From Alphaproteobacteria bacterium (GTDB taxonomy: Bacteria > Pseudomonadota > Alphaproteobacteria > MPNO01 > UBA830), in contig OZ251539.1 in NCBI GenBank assembly GCA_965243135.1, forward strand, positions 3,776,001 through 3,840,000: a stretch of 64,000 nt of DNA, given 5' to 3'. Shown piece by piece: positions 49,495-59,425 of this stretch. The notes beneath the pieces are model-generated. The model had not been told where the DNA came from. It searched no databases and saw only the letters and a program-made list of their open reading frames with translations. A program made the translations under genes and the position numbers. Each line of letters begins with the position of its first letter. Within the stretch, counting starts at the first letter, position 1.

Positions 49495-49667
49495 AAACAA
49501 ACGCTCATGATCGGCACCTGCTCATTCCGTAGCATGTAACTGGCCCTACGTCCTGCCCGCTGGTTGGGCTATTGGGCGGCATGTGGACGACTTTTTGTGG
49601 TGAACGCTGGTTTCCCGAAAACAAACTCTCATGATCGGTGCCTGCTCGGCCCGTAGCATGTAACTGG
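49495..49667. repeat. Two imperfect direct repeats of about 50 bp
   Basis: AAACAAAC.CTCATGATCGG..CCTGCTC...CCGTAGCATGTAACTGG at about 49495 and 49619. Confidence 0.7.
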
Positions 49668-50161
49668 TGGTTTTGCTGGCATCGCGCCGCTATCATGCGC
49701 AGACATAACCGTTCCGCGTTCGGGGCGTCGCGGCGTGAAGACAGGGCTATACGGGGCAGCCCTCAGCGTCACGCTCCCGAATTCTCGAACGGCGAGGGCC
49801 GCTGCGAAAAAATCTTCGATTCGCGGAACGGATTTTTATGGCCTGCGGCTCGGGGTAGTTACACAACAAACTGTGCCAACGGCCTCAAGCCCCGTATTGT
49901 TCCCGGCTCCGCGCTGTGGACGTACAGCAAAATGATCCGCGCCGAACCGGTGCGTGACTTTCGTTCCGAAGGTTACCCGCACCCGCCAACTCTCACATGG
50001 AGGCGTCGATGTTAACCGACAAGACGCACGTTGTCCACCCGCGCGCAGTGGGAGATCGATGCGCTGTCAACACTCCAAGCTTGCGGACCGCCCGGCTTCG
50101 GATGCGCGCCAAGTCGTGCTATTTTGTATCGGTAGCATGAATGCGTGATATGGAGACCGAC

Positions 50162-50419
50162 ATGGGAACCGTCCGCAAGACCATTACACTGACCGATCAG
50201 CAGGATCGTTGGGTCAACGTGCGGACCGCCGCCTGCGGCTTTACCGACGACAGCGAATGCATCCGCGACCTGATCCGCCGCGAGCAAGGGCGGAACGCTA
50301 CATTTCGGGCGCTCGAAACCGCAGTCCGGGAAGGCATCGACAGCGGCGTAAGCGACAAGACCGTGCCGGGGATCATGGAGGAAGTCGAAGCCCGGCTCCG
50401 CGCCGATGGCCGCCTATAG
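50162..50419 (+). CDS. parD: ParD-family ribbon-helix-helix antitoxin (85 aa)
   Basis: RKTITLT, DSECIRDLIR, AVREGIDSG. Confidence 0.85.
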   Translation: MGTVRKTITLTDQQDRWVNVRTAACGFTDDSECIRDLIRREQGRNATFRALETAVREGIDSGVSDKTVPGIMEEVEARLRADGRL

Positions 50420-50630
50420 GCCGACGCAGCCGAAGACCTCGACAGCATCCATGAGTAGATGATCACGAATTTCGGGTTGGAGCGGGCGCGAGACTACTTG
50501 AACGGCCTGCGCCAGCGTTTCGGCGGTCTCGCGGAGCGTCCGACGCTCGGATTCGACGGCCCACGGGCATCGGACGATTTCATGAGCGATTGCGCGCAGC
50601 CGCCAATGCAGGAACGCGAAGGCATGTCGG
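50406..50630 (+). pseudogene. Broken ParE toxin joined to a VapB antitoxin C-terminus
   Basis: AAEDLDSIHE-stop-..FGLERARDYL..LAERPTLG, then FDGPRASDDFMSD..QPPMQERE. Confidence 0.65.
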
Positions 50631-50890
50631 TGTTCCGCTATATGCTCGACACGAACATCTGCGTTTACGTCATCAACGACCGGCCAAGTCAGGCGGATCT
50701 TCAACGAGCGTGCGGAGCAATTGTGCATTTCGTCGGTCAGTCTGGCGAAGCTGCATTACGGCGCGGCAAAATCCGAATCGTCGGCACGAAACCTCGGCGT
50801 GGTCGGATCTTTCGCCGCGCAGCTGGAGGTCCTTCCGTTCGAAGAAAAGCGGCGGCCGCATTATAGTGAAATCAGGGCCGGATCTTCCAG
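50631..50890 (+). pseudogene. Frameshifted VapC (PIN) toxin
   Basis: YMLDTNICVYVI, then in another frame CISSVSLAKLHYGAAKS..LEVLPF..HYSEIRA. Confidence 0.75.
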
Positions 50891-50999
50891 CGTGCGGTTG
50901 CCGTGGTCGATTTCCATAGTAACCCGCACAAGCGATATCGCATGACGTCCACAATCGCAGGGCGGAAGCGTGTATCCTCTCGATCCTCGGCGTGTGTTC

Positions 51000-52223
51000 T
51001 CATGACCATAATGTCGAGATCGGAATTGCGGCCATTCGATCACCGAACGGCACGATACGATCATGATCGTAAAGAACCACGCCCATCGCAAAATTGTCGC
51101 CGCAGGCCGCCGCAAGGCGATGCAGGCCCGAGAAATCTTTTCTCGAAACGGTCGCGGAAGCCTTCACTTCGACTCCGACGACTCGTCCGCGCCTGTCTTC
51201 GATGACGATGTCGACCTCGTTGCGTTCCTTGTCGCGGAAGTGCGAGAACGCGTGACGGCCGCCGGACCAACTTGAGAGCTTGAGAAGTTCGCCGAGAACG
51301 AAGGTTTCCAGTACCGGTCCGAACAGAGTTCTGTCCCGATGCACGCGATCCGGCGAAAGAGCCTTAAGCGCGGCAAGCAGCCCGGCATCGAGGAAGTGCA
51401 GCTTAGGAGTCTTCGTCAGCCGTTTCAGAGCATTCGTGTACCAAGGCTGCAGGGTGCAGACAAGAAACAGGCTTTCGAAGACGGCGGCGTATTTCTGGGT
51501 GGTGACGTGGTTAAGGCCGATCTCCGCGCCAAGGCCGGAATAGTTGACAAGACGGCCGGAGTGTTCGGCGAATATCCGCAATAGTCTCGGCATTAGCTGT
51601 ACCTGCTGGATTCCAGCGACAGCGTGCGCATCGCGTTGAATGAGCGCTTCGACATAATTCAGATGCCAGTCCTGTCGACGTTTCCACTTGGAACGGGCAA
51701 GGGCTTCCGGATATCCGCCCGCGAGAACGGTCTCCACGAGCATGTCGCCGACGACGATGTTTCGGGGTTTCGGAACGTCGCATGCAAATACGCCTTTCAG
51801 GAAGGACGAACGCGCTTCGCGCACTTCCGCTTGGGCGAGCGGCAGCAGACGCACGACCTGCATGCGCCCCGCAAGCGAGTCCGCAATGCGCGGAAGCGTC
51901 ATCAGGTTGGCGGATCCGGTGAGAAGGAAGCGTCCCGCGCGCTGGTCAGCGTCTACGGCGGTCTTGATCGCCAGCAGAAGATCCGGCGCGCGTTGCACCT
52001 CGTCGATGATTGCTTTGTCGAGACCGCGTATGAGGCCCACGGGGTCCGAAAGGGCGGCCTCGAGCGTCGTCGCGTCGTCGAGCGAAACGAAGGGGACGGC
52101 GTTGTCCGCTATCCGTTCCGCGAGGGTGGTCTTTCCCGACTGCCTGGGGCCGCACAACAGCACGACTCGCGTGTCCTTCATCGCCTCCCGGATTTGACGT
52201 TCGATAAATCGAGGATAATACAT
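51000..52223 (-). CDS. AAA_14 ATPase with DUF4143 domain
   Basis: GPRQSGKTT, IIDEVQR, LTGSA, SLAGR, GGYPE, KTPKLHFLDAG, EVD..EVKAS. Confidence 0.92.
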   Translation of the reverse strand: MYYPRFIERQIREAMKDTRVVLLCGPRQSGKTTLAERIADNAVPFVSLDDATTLEAALSDPVGLIRGLDKAIIDEVQRAPDLLLAIKTAVDADQRAGRFLLTGSANLMTLPRIADSLAGRMQVVRLLPLAQAEVREARSSFLKGVFACDVPKPRNIVVGDMLVETVLAGGYPEALARSKWKRRQDWHLNYVEALIQRDAHAVAGIQQVQLMPRLLRIFAEHSGRLVNYSGLGAEIGLNHVTTQKYAAVFESLFLVCTLQPWYTNALKRLTKTPKLHFLDAGLLAALKALSPDRVHRDRTLFGPVLETFVLGELLKLSSWSGGRHAFSHFRDKERNEVDIVIEDRRGRVVGVEVKASATVSRKDFSGLHRLAAACGDNFAMGVVLYDHDRIVPFGDRMAAIPISTLWS

Positions 52224-52245
52224 GGCTGTTTTCCAACCTCGGTTT

Positions 52246-52324
52246 GACTGATTGAAATCTTGGGCCGACCAATTGAAGTTTGATTCACGACCAATTGAAA
52301 GTCAATATCCGTCCGATTGAAATC
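52246..52324. repeat. Four phased repeats G(A/T)C(C/T)(A/G)ATTGAA with 21-22 bp period
   Basis: ATTGAA cores at 52251, 52272, 52294 and 52316. Confidence 0.75.
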
Positions 52325-52669
52325 CTGATCCGCGGTAGCCGAAAATAGGCGTTCGCTAATACTGTTCAGAAAGCCGACGCTAGGGCGCAGTGCGACATCG
52401 GCTTTCGCGGCGAGACCCGACCGCGACAAGCCGCTGCGCAAAGCTCCCGACGCCGGAGGCACGGCGCGAGGCGCCAAACGCGCTTCGATAGGGGGAAGCC
52501 TCTTTTCGGGCGGTCGCCTCCGTGGCAGCGTTTCGGCAAGCCATCTCCTGCAGCGGAAACCTGCCAATGAAATCCTGCGTCATGCTCTCGACTGGACGGT
52601 CGCGGGCGGCGGCGGCCGGTAGACTTTGTCCCGATTACGGGTGGAAACAGCCCCCTCCGCGGACAACTC

Positions 52670-53884
52670 TCAAGAACTCGCGGCAGCGAATTCCTTGCGA
52701 ATGATGCTCAACTTTTCGACAGCTTTTTTCGCGATACAGTCGGTCAGCTCTTTTCTCTTTTTTTCGTCCGCTAAAATCTTGATATCATCCGGCTGAAGAC
52801 CTGTTCCATCGCGCTGCAAGACGCACCACCAAGGCCAGATATCATGAGGCTTCTCCCCTCTGCCAATTTTACTTTTGAGGTTCTCAAGCCTGTCCCTAAT
52901 CTCGTCGTATTTTTCCTTGCTTTCGCCTTCATCCCAGCAAACGCCAATATAGAAACCATATCCCTTCGAAGCTTCGACGCCCAGCCAAGCGGGTTTCTGT
53001 CCAAATGAATAATACAGGCCGAACCACCCTCGATGTTCTATCGCGTTCACAATTATCTTTTTGGAAATATCTGAATCCTTATGCTGTTTTAGGTCTTTTC
53101 GGCCCTCAAACAAATCCTTTTCTAGGACGCTCCTTATTTCCTTCCACATATCATGCATCAGAGAAGCCTTGGCATACGGCAAAGCCTCCGCCAAATGGTG
53201 AGCGACAAGAAGGTTGTTGTCACGCAAGCAAAGTTTCTTCAATTCTTCCATGAGTTCGCTCCTTTTATCATTGCCTGTCATCCTCTTTATCAGGCGCGAA
53301 TACTGTGCAATGGACTCCCGCAGATCGGGTTCGTCGTAGGCTCGTTTCCGGCAACGCTCAAGCCAAGGGAGAATAGCCTCGTAAGAGATCGAAGTATATT
53401 CTTTTCCATTGAGACATTTGACGCTATCCTTGGAAGGCTTGCGACCGTCGATCGCCAAATACAATATGTGTATGTCCTCTTTTTTATATCCTTGCTTCAC
53501 TAAATCTTTATGGTATCTTTTCAGCTGTCCCTCCTGATCTCCAGCGTAGATTTTGTTCTCGATCGCCAGAGCCTGTCCGTGATCGTTCGTGATCAGAATG
53601 TCGATGTAGTCGCGTTCCCGCTCGACTTTCGCGCCCTCGGGATCGAAGTTGCGCAGCCGTTCGGGAGCGAATTCTCCCATGAAGTCACGCAGATTCGCCG
53701 CCCCTTCCTCGCTCCGATGGCCTAGCAGAGCGGCCAGAAACCGGGAATGAAGGTTGACTTCGTCACTCTCGCTGCGCAGGACGGTAAAGACGTTGAAAGG
53801 TTCCGGGCGATCCGGCTTGTACCTCTCGTACAGGATGGCTGCGTCTTTCAGCAGCCACTCCTCCCGCCGCCGCTCGTCGTTCAT
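52670..53884 (-). CDS. PD-(D/E)XK nuclease family protein (PDDEXK_4-like), low GC
   Basis: EVNLHSRFLAALL, IDILI, AIENKIYAGDQEGQLKRY. Confidence 0.85.
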   Translation of the reverse strand: MNDERRREEWLLKDAAILYERYKPDRPEPFNVFTVLRSESDEVNLHSRFLAALLGHRSEEGAANLRDFMGEFAPERLRNFDPEGAKVERERDYIDILITNDHGQALAIENKIYAGDQEGQLKRYHKDLVKQGYKKEDIHILYLAIDGRKPSKDSVKCLNGKEYTSISYEAILPWLERCRKRAYDEPDLRESIAQYSRLIKRMTGNDKRSELMEELKKLCLRDNNLLVAHHLAEALPYAKASLMHDMWKEIRSVLEKDLFEGRKDLKQHKDSDISKKIIVNAIEHRGWFGLYYSFGQKPAWLGVEASKGYGFYIGVCWDEGESKEKYDEIRDRLENLKSKIGRGEKPHDIWPWWCVLQRDGTGLQPDDIKILADEKKRKELTDCIAKKAVEKLSIIRKEFAAASS

Positions 53885-54706
53885 TCCCGCATTCTCCCGT
53901 TTTCCTGCCGAGTAAACGACTGTTCCATGCGTAGCGGGTCCTTGTCAACCCCGGTGCCGGGTTAGGCGCAGAAGCTTGCCCCGCCTGTGCGTTGCGTGGA
54001 TGGAAGCCCCATGGGCGGCTTGTCGTCCGGAATTTGGGGGTGCGCCATGACCGCCGTCCCGGAACGCCCTCGGCAAACAGCGCAAACGCCGCGCTGGAGC
54101 GGCAGCCTTGTCCGCGGAGAGTCGCGGCCCGGCGCTTCCGTTGCGAGCGGCCGACCTTGTTGACGTCTGCGGCGATCTTCCATGTCGTCGAACCGATCTC
54201 GGCCATCTGGTTTGCGGCTCCGATCGCAACCGCGAATGACGGCCCTCCGTTCGGTGAACGTCGACCGCCGTTTGAAGACGGCAACGGCAGCGCGGCGCCG
54301 AAAGCCTCGGGCGCCAGCGGCGCGGCCGGAGCATCCCTCGCTTCGACCAGGCCCGTCGGCAACGCGATTGCCGGGTCCGGACGCAAGTGCCGCCCCGGTC
54401 GCGCGGAACGCCGCTTCGCCCGGCCCCGCGTTCAGCCCCGTCTTACGCACGCCCTGCGCCCGCTGTCGATCCTTTGGAACTCCTGATCGCGAAATTCCGG
54501 GACCATGCCGGGGCCGTTCCGCCGGGCCGCCGGACCGGCCGGCCGAAACCGCTTTTCGAACCTCTGGGCGAAGCCCGCTTTCGTGTCGGCGGCGGTCCGG
54601 CGGAAGCGCTTTCCGGGGACTGGACCTTTCGCAGGATTTCTGTAAAATCGCTCTTGGTTGCCCTGACGGGGCCGCCAGATCCGAGACACCAGACTGGGAG
54701 GTTTAC

Positions 54707-56011
54707 ATGAAGATCCTTGCTAACGCGGGACTTGCCGCGGCCGGCGTCGCGGTTGCGCTGGCGGGCGGCGCCGCCACGGCGCAGACGGTGAAGATCGGCG
54801 TTCCGACGTTCCTCACCGGCGCGGGCGCGCCGGCCTTCGGCATTCCCGCGAAGAAGGGCGTCGAGCTGATCGTCCGCGGCATCAACAACGGCGAACTGCC
54901 GGCGCCCTACGACGCGAAGGGCCTCGCCGGACGCCAGATCGAGCTCTTGGTCTACGACGAGGCGGGCGGCGGCACCAAGCAGGTGACCGAACTGCGCAAC
55001 AAGGTCCAGAAGGACAAGGTCGACGCGATCATCGGCTTCATCTCCTCGGGCACGTGCGCCGCGACGACCCGGGTTTCCGAGGAACTCAAGATCCTGACGA
55101 TCCAGACGGTCTGCGGCACGCCGCGGATATTCGAGGAAATCAACAAGAACCCGAAATACGTCTTCCGCACGATGAACCACGCGACCGCGAACAACGTCTC
55201 GGCGGCGCGCTACATCGCGGCCACCATGAAGGACAAGGTCAACGGGTATATCGGCCTCAACCAGAACTACGCCTGGGGCCAGGATTCGTGGCGCGACTTC
55301 GACCTCGCCATGAAGACGCTGATGCCCAGCGCGAAGGCGTCCGGCAAGCAGCAGTTCCCCAAACTGTTCTCGGGTCAGTACGGCACCGAGATCTCCGTCC
55401 TGTCGCGGGCGCCCGAAAGCATCGTCCATTCGAGTTTCTGGGGCGGCGACCTCGAAGCGTTCATCGGGCAGGCGGGCGCGCGCGGCCTGTTCAAGCGCAA
55501 GACCTTCATCCTCACGGTCGGCGAGACCGTCGCCTACCGCCTGGGCAAGAAGTTCCCGGAAGGGCAGCTGGCGGGAACCCGCGGCCCCTACGGCATGTAC
55601 GTGACCGACGATCCGTCGCCGGTGAACCAGTGGTTCCAGAAAGAATACCGCAAGACCTACGGCGAACCTCCCTCGCAGCCGGGCTACCAGTTCGCGCAGG
55701 GCTTCCTCGGCGCCAAGTACGCCTTCGACGCGGCGGGCAAGGCCGCCGGCAAGTTCCCGACGACCGACCAGGTCATCGCGGCTCTCGAAGGGGCGACGTT
55801 CCCGACCTTCGTCGGCGAAGTCAAGATGGCCCTGTCGAACGGGCATCAGGGAGTCACCGACGACCGCTGGGGCGTGACCGTCTGGGACGACCAGAAAGGC
55901 GAGATGGTGGTGAAGGACGTCGCGGTATTTCCTCCCGAATGCGTCAATCCGCCGGACGGCGTCGGCTCGATCGAGTGGCTCAAGGGCGGCATGAAGGGCG
56001 CCAAGTGCTGA
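54707..56011 (+). CDS. Liv-type ABC transporter substrate-binding protein (434 aa)
   Basis: Signal peptide, VKIG..LTG, GFISSG, YVFR, NYAWGQDSW; GGGAGG RBS. Confidence 0.9.
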   Translation: MKILANAGLAAAGVAVALAGGAATAQTVKIGVPTFLTGAGAPAFGIPAKKGVELIVRGINNGELPAPYDAKGLAGRQIELLVYDEAGGGTKQVTELRNKVQKDKVDAIIGFISSGTCAATTRVSEELKILTIQTVCGTPRIFEEINKNPKYVFRTMNHATANNVSAARYIAATMKDKVNGYIGLNQNYAWGQDSWRDFDLAMKTLMPSAKASGKQQFPKLFSGQYGTEISVLSRAPESIVHSSFWGGDLEAFIGQAGARGLFKRKTFILTVGETVAYRLGKKFPEGQLAGTRGPYGMYVTDDPSPVNQWFQKEYRKTYGEPPSQPGYQFAQGFLGAKYAFDAAGKAAGKFPTTDQVIAALEGATFPTFVGEVKMALSNGHQGVTDDRWGVTVWDDQKGEMVVKDVAVFPPECVNPPDGVGSIEWLKGGMKGAKC

Positions 56012-56018
56012 TCTGACC

Positions 56019-56051
56019 GGCCGGGGACGTCCGTCCCCGGCCCCCTTTTTT
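56019..56051 (+). terminator. Intrinsic terminator-like hairpin after the SBP gene
   Basis: GGCCGGGGACG / CGTCCCCGGCC followed by CCC-TTTTTT. Confidence 0.6.
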
Positions 56052-56087
56052 CGACGCGGCGCCGCCCCCGCAAACGGAGTTCCGGCA

Positions 56088-56990
56088 GTGGACCTTCAGC
56101 TCTTCGCCGTCATTATTGTCGACGGCCTCGTCTATTCGTCTTACCTGTTCATGGTCGCCGTCGGGCTGACGGTGATTTTCGGGGTCCAGAAGGTCCTGAA
56201 CGTCACGCACGGCTCGTTCTTCGGCTTCGGCGCCTATCTGGCGGCCTACTTCATCGGCGTCTGGTACAACGCGGAACTGCCCGACTTCGGCGGCTTCGCC
56301 ATCATATTCCTGTCCGCGGTCTTTCTCGGCGTCGTGTTCGGCGTCCTGATCGAGCGCGGGCTTCTGAAGTTCCTCTACGACCGCGACGAGCATATCGTGG
56401 TGCTCGCCACCTTCGCCGCGTTCCTCGTGCTCGAGGACGTGATCATCCTGATCTGGGGCACGGATCCCTACCTGGCCTTCCAGCCGATGGCGCTGCTGGG
56501 CAACAGCGAAATCGCCGGCCTGATCTTCGACAACTACAACCTTTCGATGGTCGCGCTGTCCTTCGTCGTCGCATTCCTCATCTGGTACGGGCTCAACCGC
56601 ACCCGTTACGGCAAGATGCTGCTGGCGGTCATCTTCGACCGCGAGATCAGCATGGCCATGGGGATCAACGTCACGACAGTGTTCCTGACGACGTTCATGC
56701 TCGGCACCTTCCTCGGCGCGCTCGGCGGCGCCTATCTCTCTCCGACGATTTCCGTGCAGCCGGGCATCGGGGTCGAGGTGATCGTTCTCGCCTTCGCCGT
56801 CGTCGTCATCGGCGGCATGGGCTCGATCCCGGGGGCGTTGATCGGCTCGATCGTCGTCGGCATCGCCCGCGCCACCGCGGTCCACCAGCTGCCCCAGGTG
56901 GAGCTGTTCGTGATCTACGCGATCATGGCGATCGTCCTGATCGTTCGACCGGAAGGGTTGTTCGCTCCGATCAAGGCGAGGAAGATATGA
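56088..56990 (+). CDS. livH: Liv-type ABC permease (LivH family)
   Basis: GLTVIFG..LNVTHG, AFAVVVIGGMGS, RPEGLF. Confidence 0.88.
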   Translation: MDLQLFAVIIVDGLVYSSYLFMVAVGLTVIFGVQKVLNVTHGSFFGFGAYLAAYFIGVWYNAELPDFGGFAIIFLSAVFLGVVFGVLIERGLLKFLYDRDEHIVVLATFAAFLVLEDVIILIWGTDPYLAFQPMALLGNSEIAGLIFDNYNLSMVALSFVVAFLIWYGLNRTRYGKMLLAVIFDREISMAMGINVTTVFLTTFMLGTFLGALGGAYLSPTISVQPGIGVEVIVLAFAVVVIGGMGSIPGALIGSIVVGIARATAVHQLPQVELFVIYAIMAIVLIVRPEGLFAPIKARKI

Positions 56991-57952
56991 CCCGCGACAA
57001 GACCTTCTGGGGCCTGACCGCAGGCCTCGTCCTCCTCCTGGCGCTCAACTTCGCGCTCGAAGAATGGATGCGGACGATCGGCCTGCAGTCGATGGCGCGC
57101 GGCTGCGTCGCGATCGGGCTCCTGATCCTGTGGCGCGCCGGGCTCATTTCCTTCGGCCACGCGCTGTTCTTCGGCTTCGGCGCCTATACCGTCGCCATGC
57201 TGCAGATCGGCGGCGTGAACGACGCCTTCCTGCTGCTCGCCGCCGGCACGGCGGTCGCGGGGGCGCTGGCGTTCGCGCTCGGCTTTCTGCTGCGCCAGTA
57301 CAGGGCGATCTTCTTCGCGCTCCTCAACATGGCTTTCTCGATGATCCTGTACGGCGTTCTCGCCAAGCTGGAATCATTGGGCTCGACCGACGGCATCGGA
57401 ATCAGGCCGGTGACCTTTCTCGGCTACGCGCCGGAAGGCGACGGCTATCGCGCGACGCTGTTCGTCTTCGGCCTGTTCTTCACCTGGCTCGCGGCGGTCG
57501 CCGCGCACTGGTACCTGAAATCGACGCTCGGAACGATGACCATGGCCGTCCGCGAAAACGAAATCCGCGTCGAATATCTCGGATACTCCGCGGAACGCGC
57601 GATCCACGTGAAATACGTCATCTCCGGACTGCTGGCCGGAATGGGCGGCGTGATCATGGCCGCCACCGTCGGGCACGTCGATCCGGATTCCATGGTGTAC
57701 TGGCCGATTTCCGGCGAATTCGTGTTCATCACGATCCTGTCGGGCACCGGCAACGTCAGCGCCACCTTCGTCGGCGCGCTGGTGTACGAACTGCTGCGAA
57801 CCTACGCTTTCGAGTTCGCGCCGCATGTCTGGCAGCTGATCATGGGCGGCGCGCTGTTGTTGATCATCATGTTCCTGCCCGACGGGCTGTGGTCGCTCGG
57901 CGCCGAATGGCGGCGGCGGAAGTCGCTCGGCAAGGCGCAGGCGGCGGAGTAA
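56987..57952 (+). CDS. livM: Liv-type ABC permease (LivM family)
   Basis: GLISFGHALFFGFGAY, AVRENEIR, FLPDGL. Confidence 0.88.
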   Translation: MTRDKTFWGLTAGLVLLLALNFALEEWMRTIGLQSMARGCVAIGLLILWRAGLISFGHALFFGFGAYTVAMLQIGGVNDAFLLLAAGTAVAGALAFALGFLLRQYRAIFFALLNMAFSMILYGVLAKLESLGSTDGIGIRPVTFLGYAPEGDGYRATLFVFGLFFTWLAAVAAHWYLKSTLGTMTMAVRENEIRVEYLGYSAERAIHVKYVISGLLAGMGGVIMAATVGHVDPDSMVYWPISGEFVFITILSGTGNVSATFVGALVYELLRTYAFEFAPHVWQLIMGGALLLIIMFLPDGLWSLGAEWRRRKSLGKAQAAE

Positions 57953-57956
57953 GGCC

Positions 57957-58733
57957 ATGGCGCGCGTCCTGGAGGTTCGCAATCTGGAGAAGCATTTCGG
58001 CGGCGTGGTCGCGGCCCACAACATCAACGTGACCGTCGACGAGGGAGAGACGATCGGAATCATCGGCGCCAACGGCGCGGGAAAGACCACGTTCGTGAAC
58101 ATGGTCACCGGCTATCTGCCGCCGTCCGCCGGCGCCATCGAATTCGCGGGCCGGAGCCTGATCGGCCTGCATCCGCGCGACGTCACGAGGCTCGGCATCT
58201 GCCGCTCGTTCCAGGTGCCCCAGGTGTTCCTTTCGGAGACGGCCTTCGACAACATGCTCGTGGCCTACGGCATCGCGGAAGACAGCGGCTGGCGCATGCT
58301 GTCCCCGATTCACTCGGAAACCCGCAGGCGCCGCGTCGAGGAGCATCTCCGGCGCTACCGGATCGACGATTACCGCGACGTTGCCGCGTCGGCGCTGCCG
58401 CAGGGCGTCCGCAAGCTTCTCGACATCGCGATGGCGACCGTGCGCAAGCCGAAGCTCCTCATGCTCGACGAGCCGACGAGCGGCATCAGCGTGGAAGAGA
58501 AATTCGGCCTCATGGACATCATCATGCAGGCGCTGAAAGAGGAAGAAACCACGGTGATGTTCATCGAGCACGACATGGAGATCGTCGAGCGCTACGTCGA
58601 CCGCGTCTGGGCGTTCTATCAGGGCGAGATAATCTGCGACGCGCCCGTCGCGGATGCGATGAACGACGCCGGAGTCCGCGAATTCGTCATCGGCCAGGAA
58701 TACCACCCGTCGCACGAGGCGGCCGATGCTTAG
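57957..58733 (+). CDS. livG: Liv-type ABC ATPase (LivG family)
   Basis: KHFGGVVA, GANGAGKTT, RSFQ, LDEPTSG, IEHDM. Confidence 0.9.
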   Translation: MARVLEVRNLEKHFGGVVAAHNINVTVDEGETIGIIGANGAGKTTFVNMVTGYLPPSAGAIEFAGRSLIGLHPRDVTRLGICRSFQVPQVFLSETAFDNMLVAYGIAEDSGWRMLSPIHSETRRRRVEEHLRRYRIDDYRDVAASALPQGVRKLLDIAMATVRKPKLLMLDEPTSGISVEEKFGLMDIIMQALKEEETTVMFIEHDMEIVERYVDRVWAFYQGEIICDAPVADAMNDAGVREFVIGQEYHPSHEAADA

Positions 58734-59370
58734 GGTCTCGTCGCTCGACGTCAACATCGGCGCGACGCCGATCCTTCGCGGCGTCACGCTGGAGGTGCCT
58801 TCGGGCACGATGTGCGGCCTGATCGGACGCAACGGCGCCGGAAAGACGACCTTCATGCGGGCGGTCATGGGCGCGCTCAAGGCGCGCGCCGGCGCGATGG
58901 AATTCGACGGCGAAAACCTGCGCGAGACGCCGCCGCATCGGCGGGTGCACGCCGGGATCGGCTTCATGCCCGAAGACCGGCGGCTGGTGCCGCAATTGAC
59001 CGCCGAGGAGAACATCATGCTGCCGGCCTGGACGACCGGAGCGCCGGACGCGGACGACCGGCTGGAGCGCATATACAAGCTGATGCCGGAAGTTCAGGAG
59101 TTCCGACATCGCGGCGCCACCGAGCTTTCGGGCGGCCAGCAGAAGTTCGTCGCTTTTGCGCGGGCGCTCATGGCCGGGACCAAGCTCCTTCTTCTCGACG
59201 AGCCGTCGGAGGGAATCGCGCCGGTGTTCGCGCATCGAATGGTCGAGATCATGTCGAACCTCAAGGACGAAGGCGAATCCGTGCTGGTGGCGGAATCGAA
59301 CGACAAGCACATCGCCGACCTGCTCGACCGCACTTTCGTGATCGAACGCGGCTCGATCATAAAGGGGTAG
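58726..59370 (+). CDS. livF: Liv-type ABC ATPase (LivF family)
   Basis: GRNGAGKTT, PEDRR, LSGGQQK, LDEPSEGIAP. Confidence 0.9.
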   Translation: MLRVSSLDVNIGATPILRGVTLEVPSGTMCGLIGRNGAGKTTFMRAVMGALKARAGAMEFDGENLRETPPHRRVHAGIGFMPEDRRLVPQLTAEENIMLPAWTTGAPDADDRLERIYKLMPEVQEFRHRGATELSGGQQKFVAFARALMAGTKLLLLDEPSEGIAPVFAHRMVEIMSNLKDEGESVLVAESNDKHIADLLDRTFVIERGSIIKG

Positions 59371-59425
59371 CGCCGCCGCCGCGCGCCGCTTACCCTTCCC
59401 GGAACGGGACGACGGAGGAACGACG

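Noticed and set aside
49495-52324. CRISPR array
   Set aside because: Repeats are too few or too closely spaced for spacers; no cas genes.
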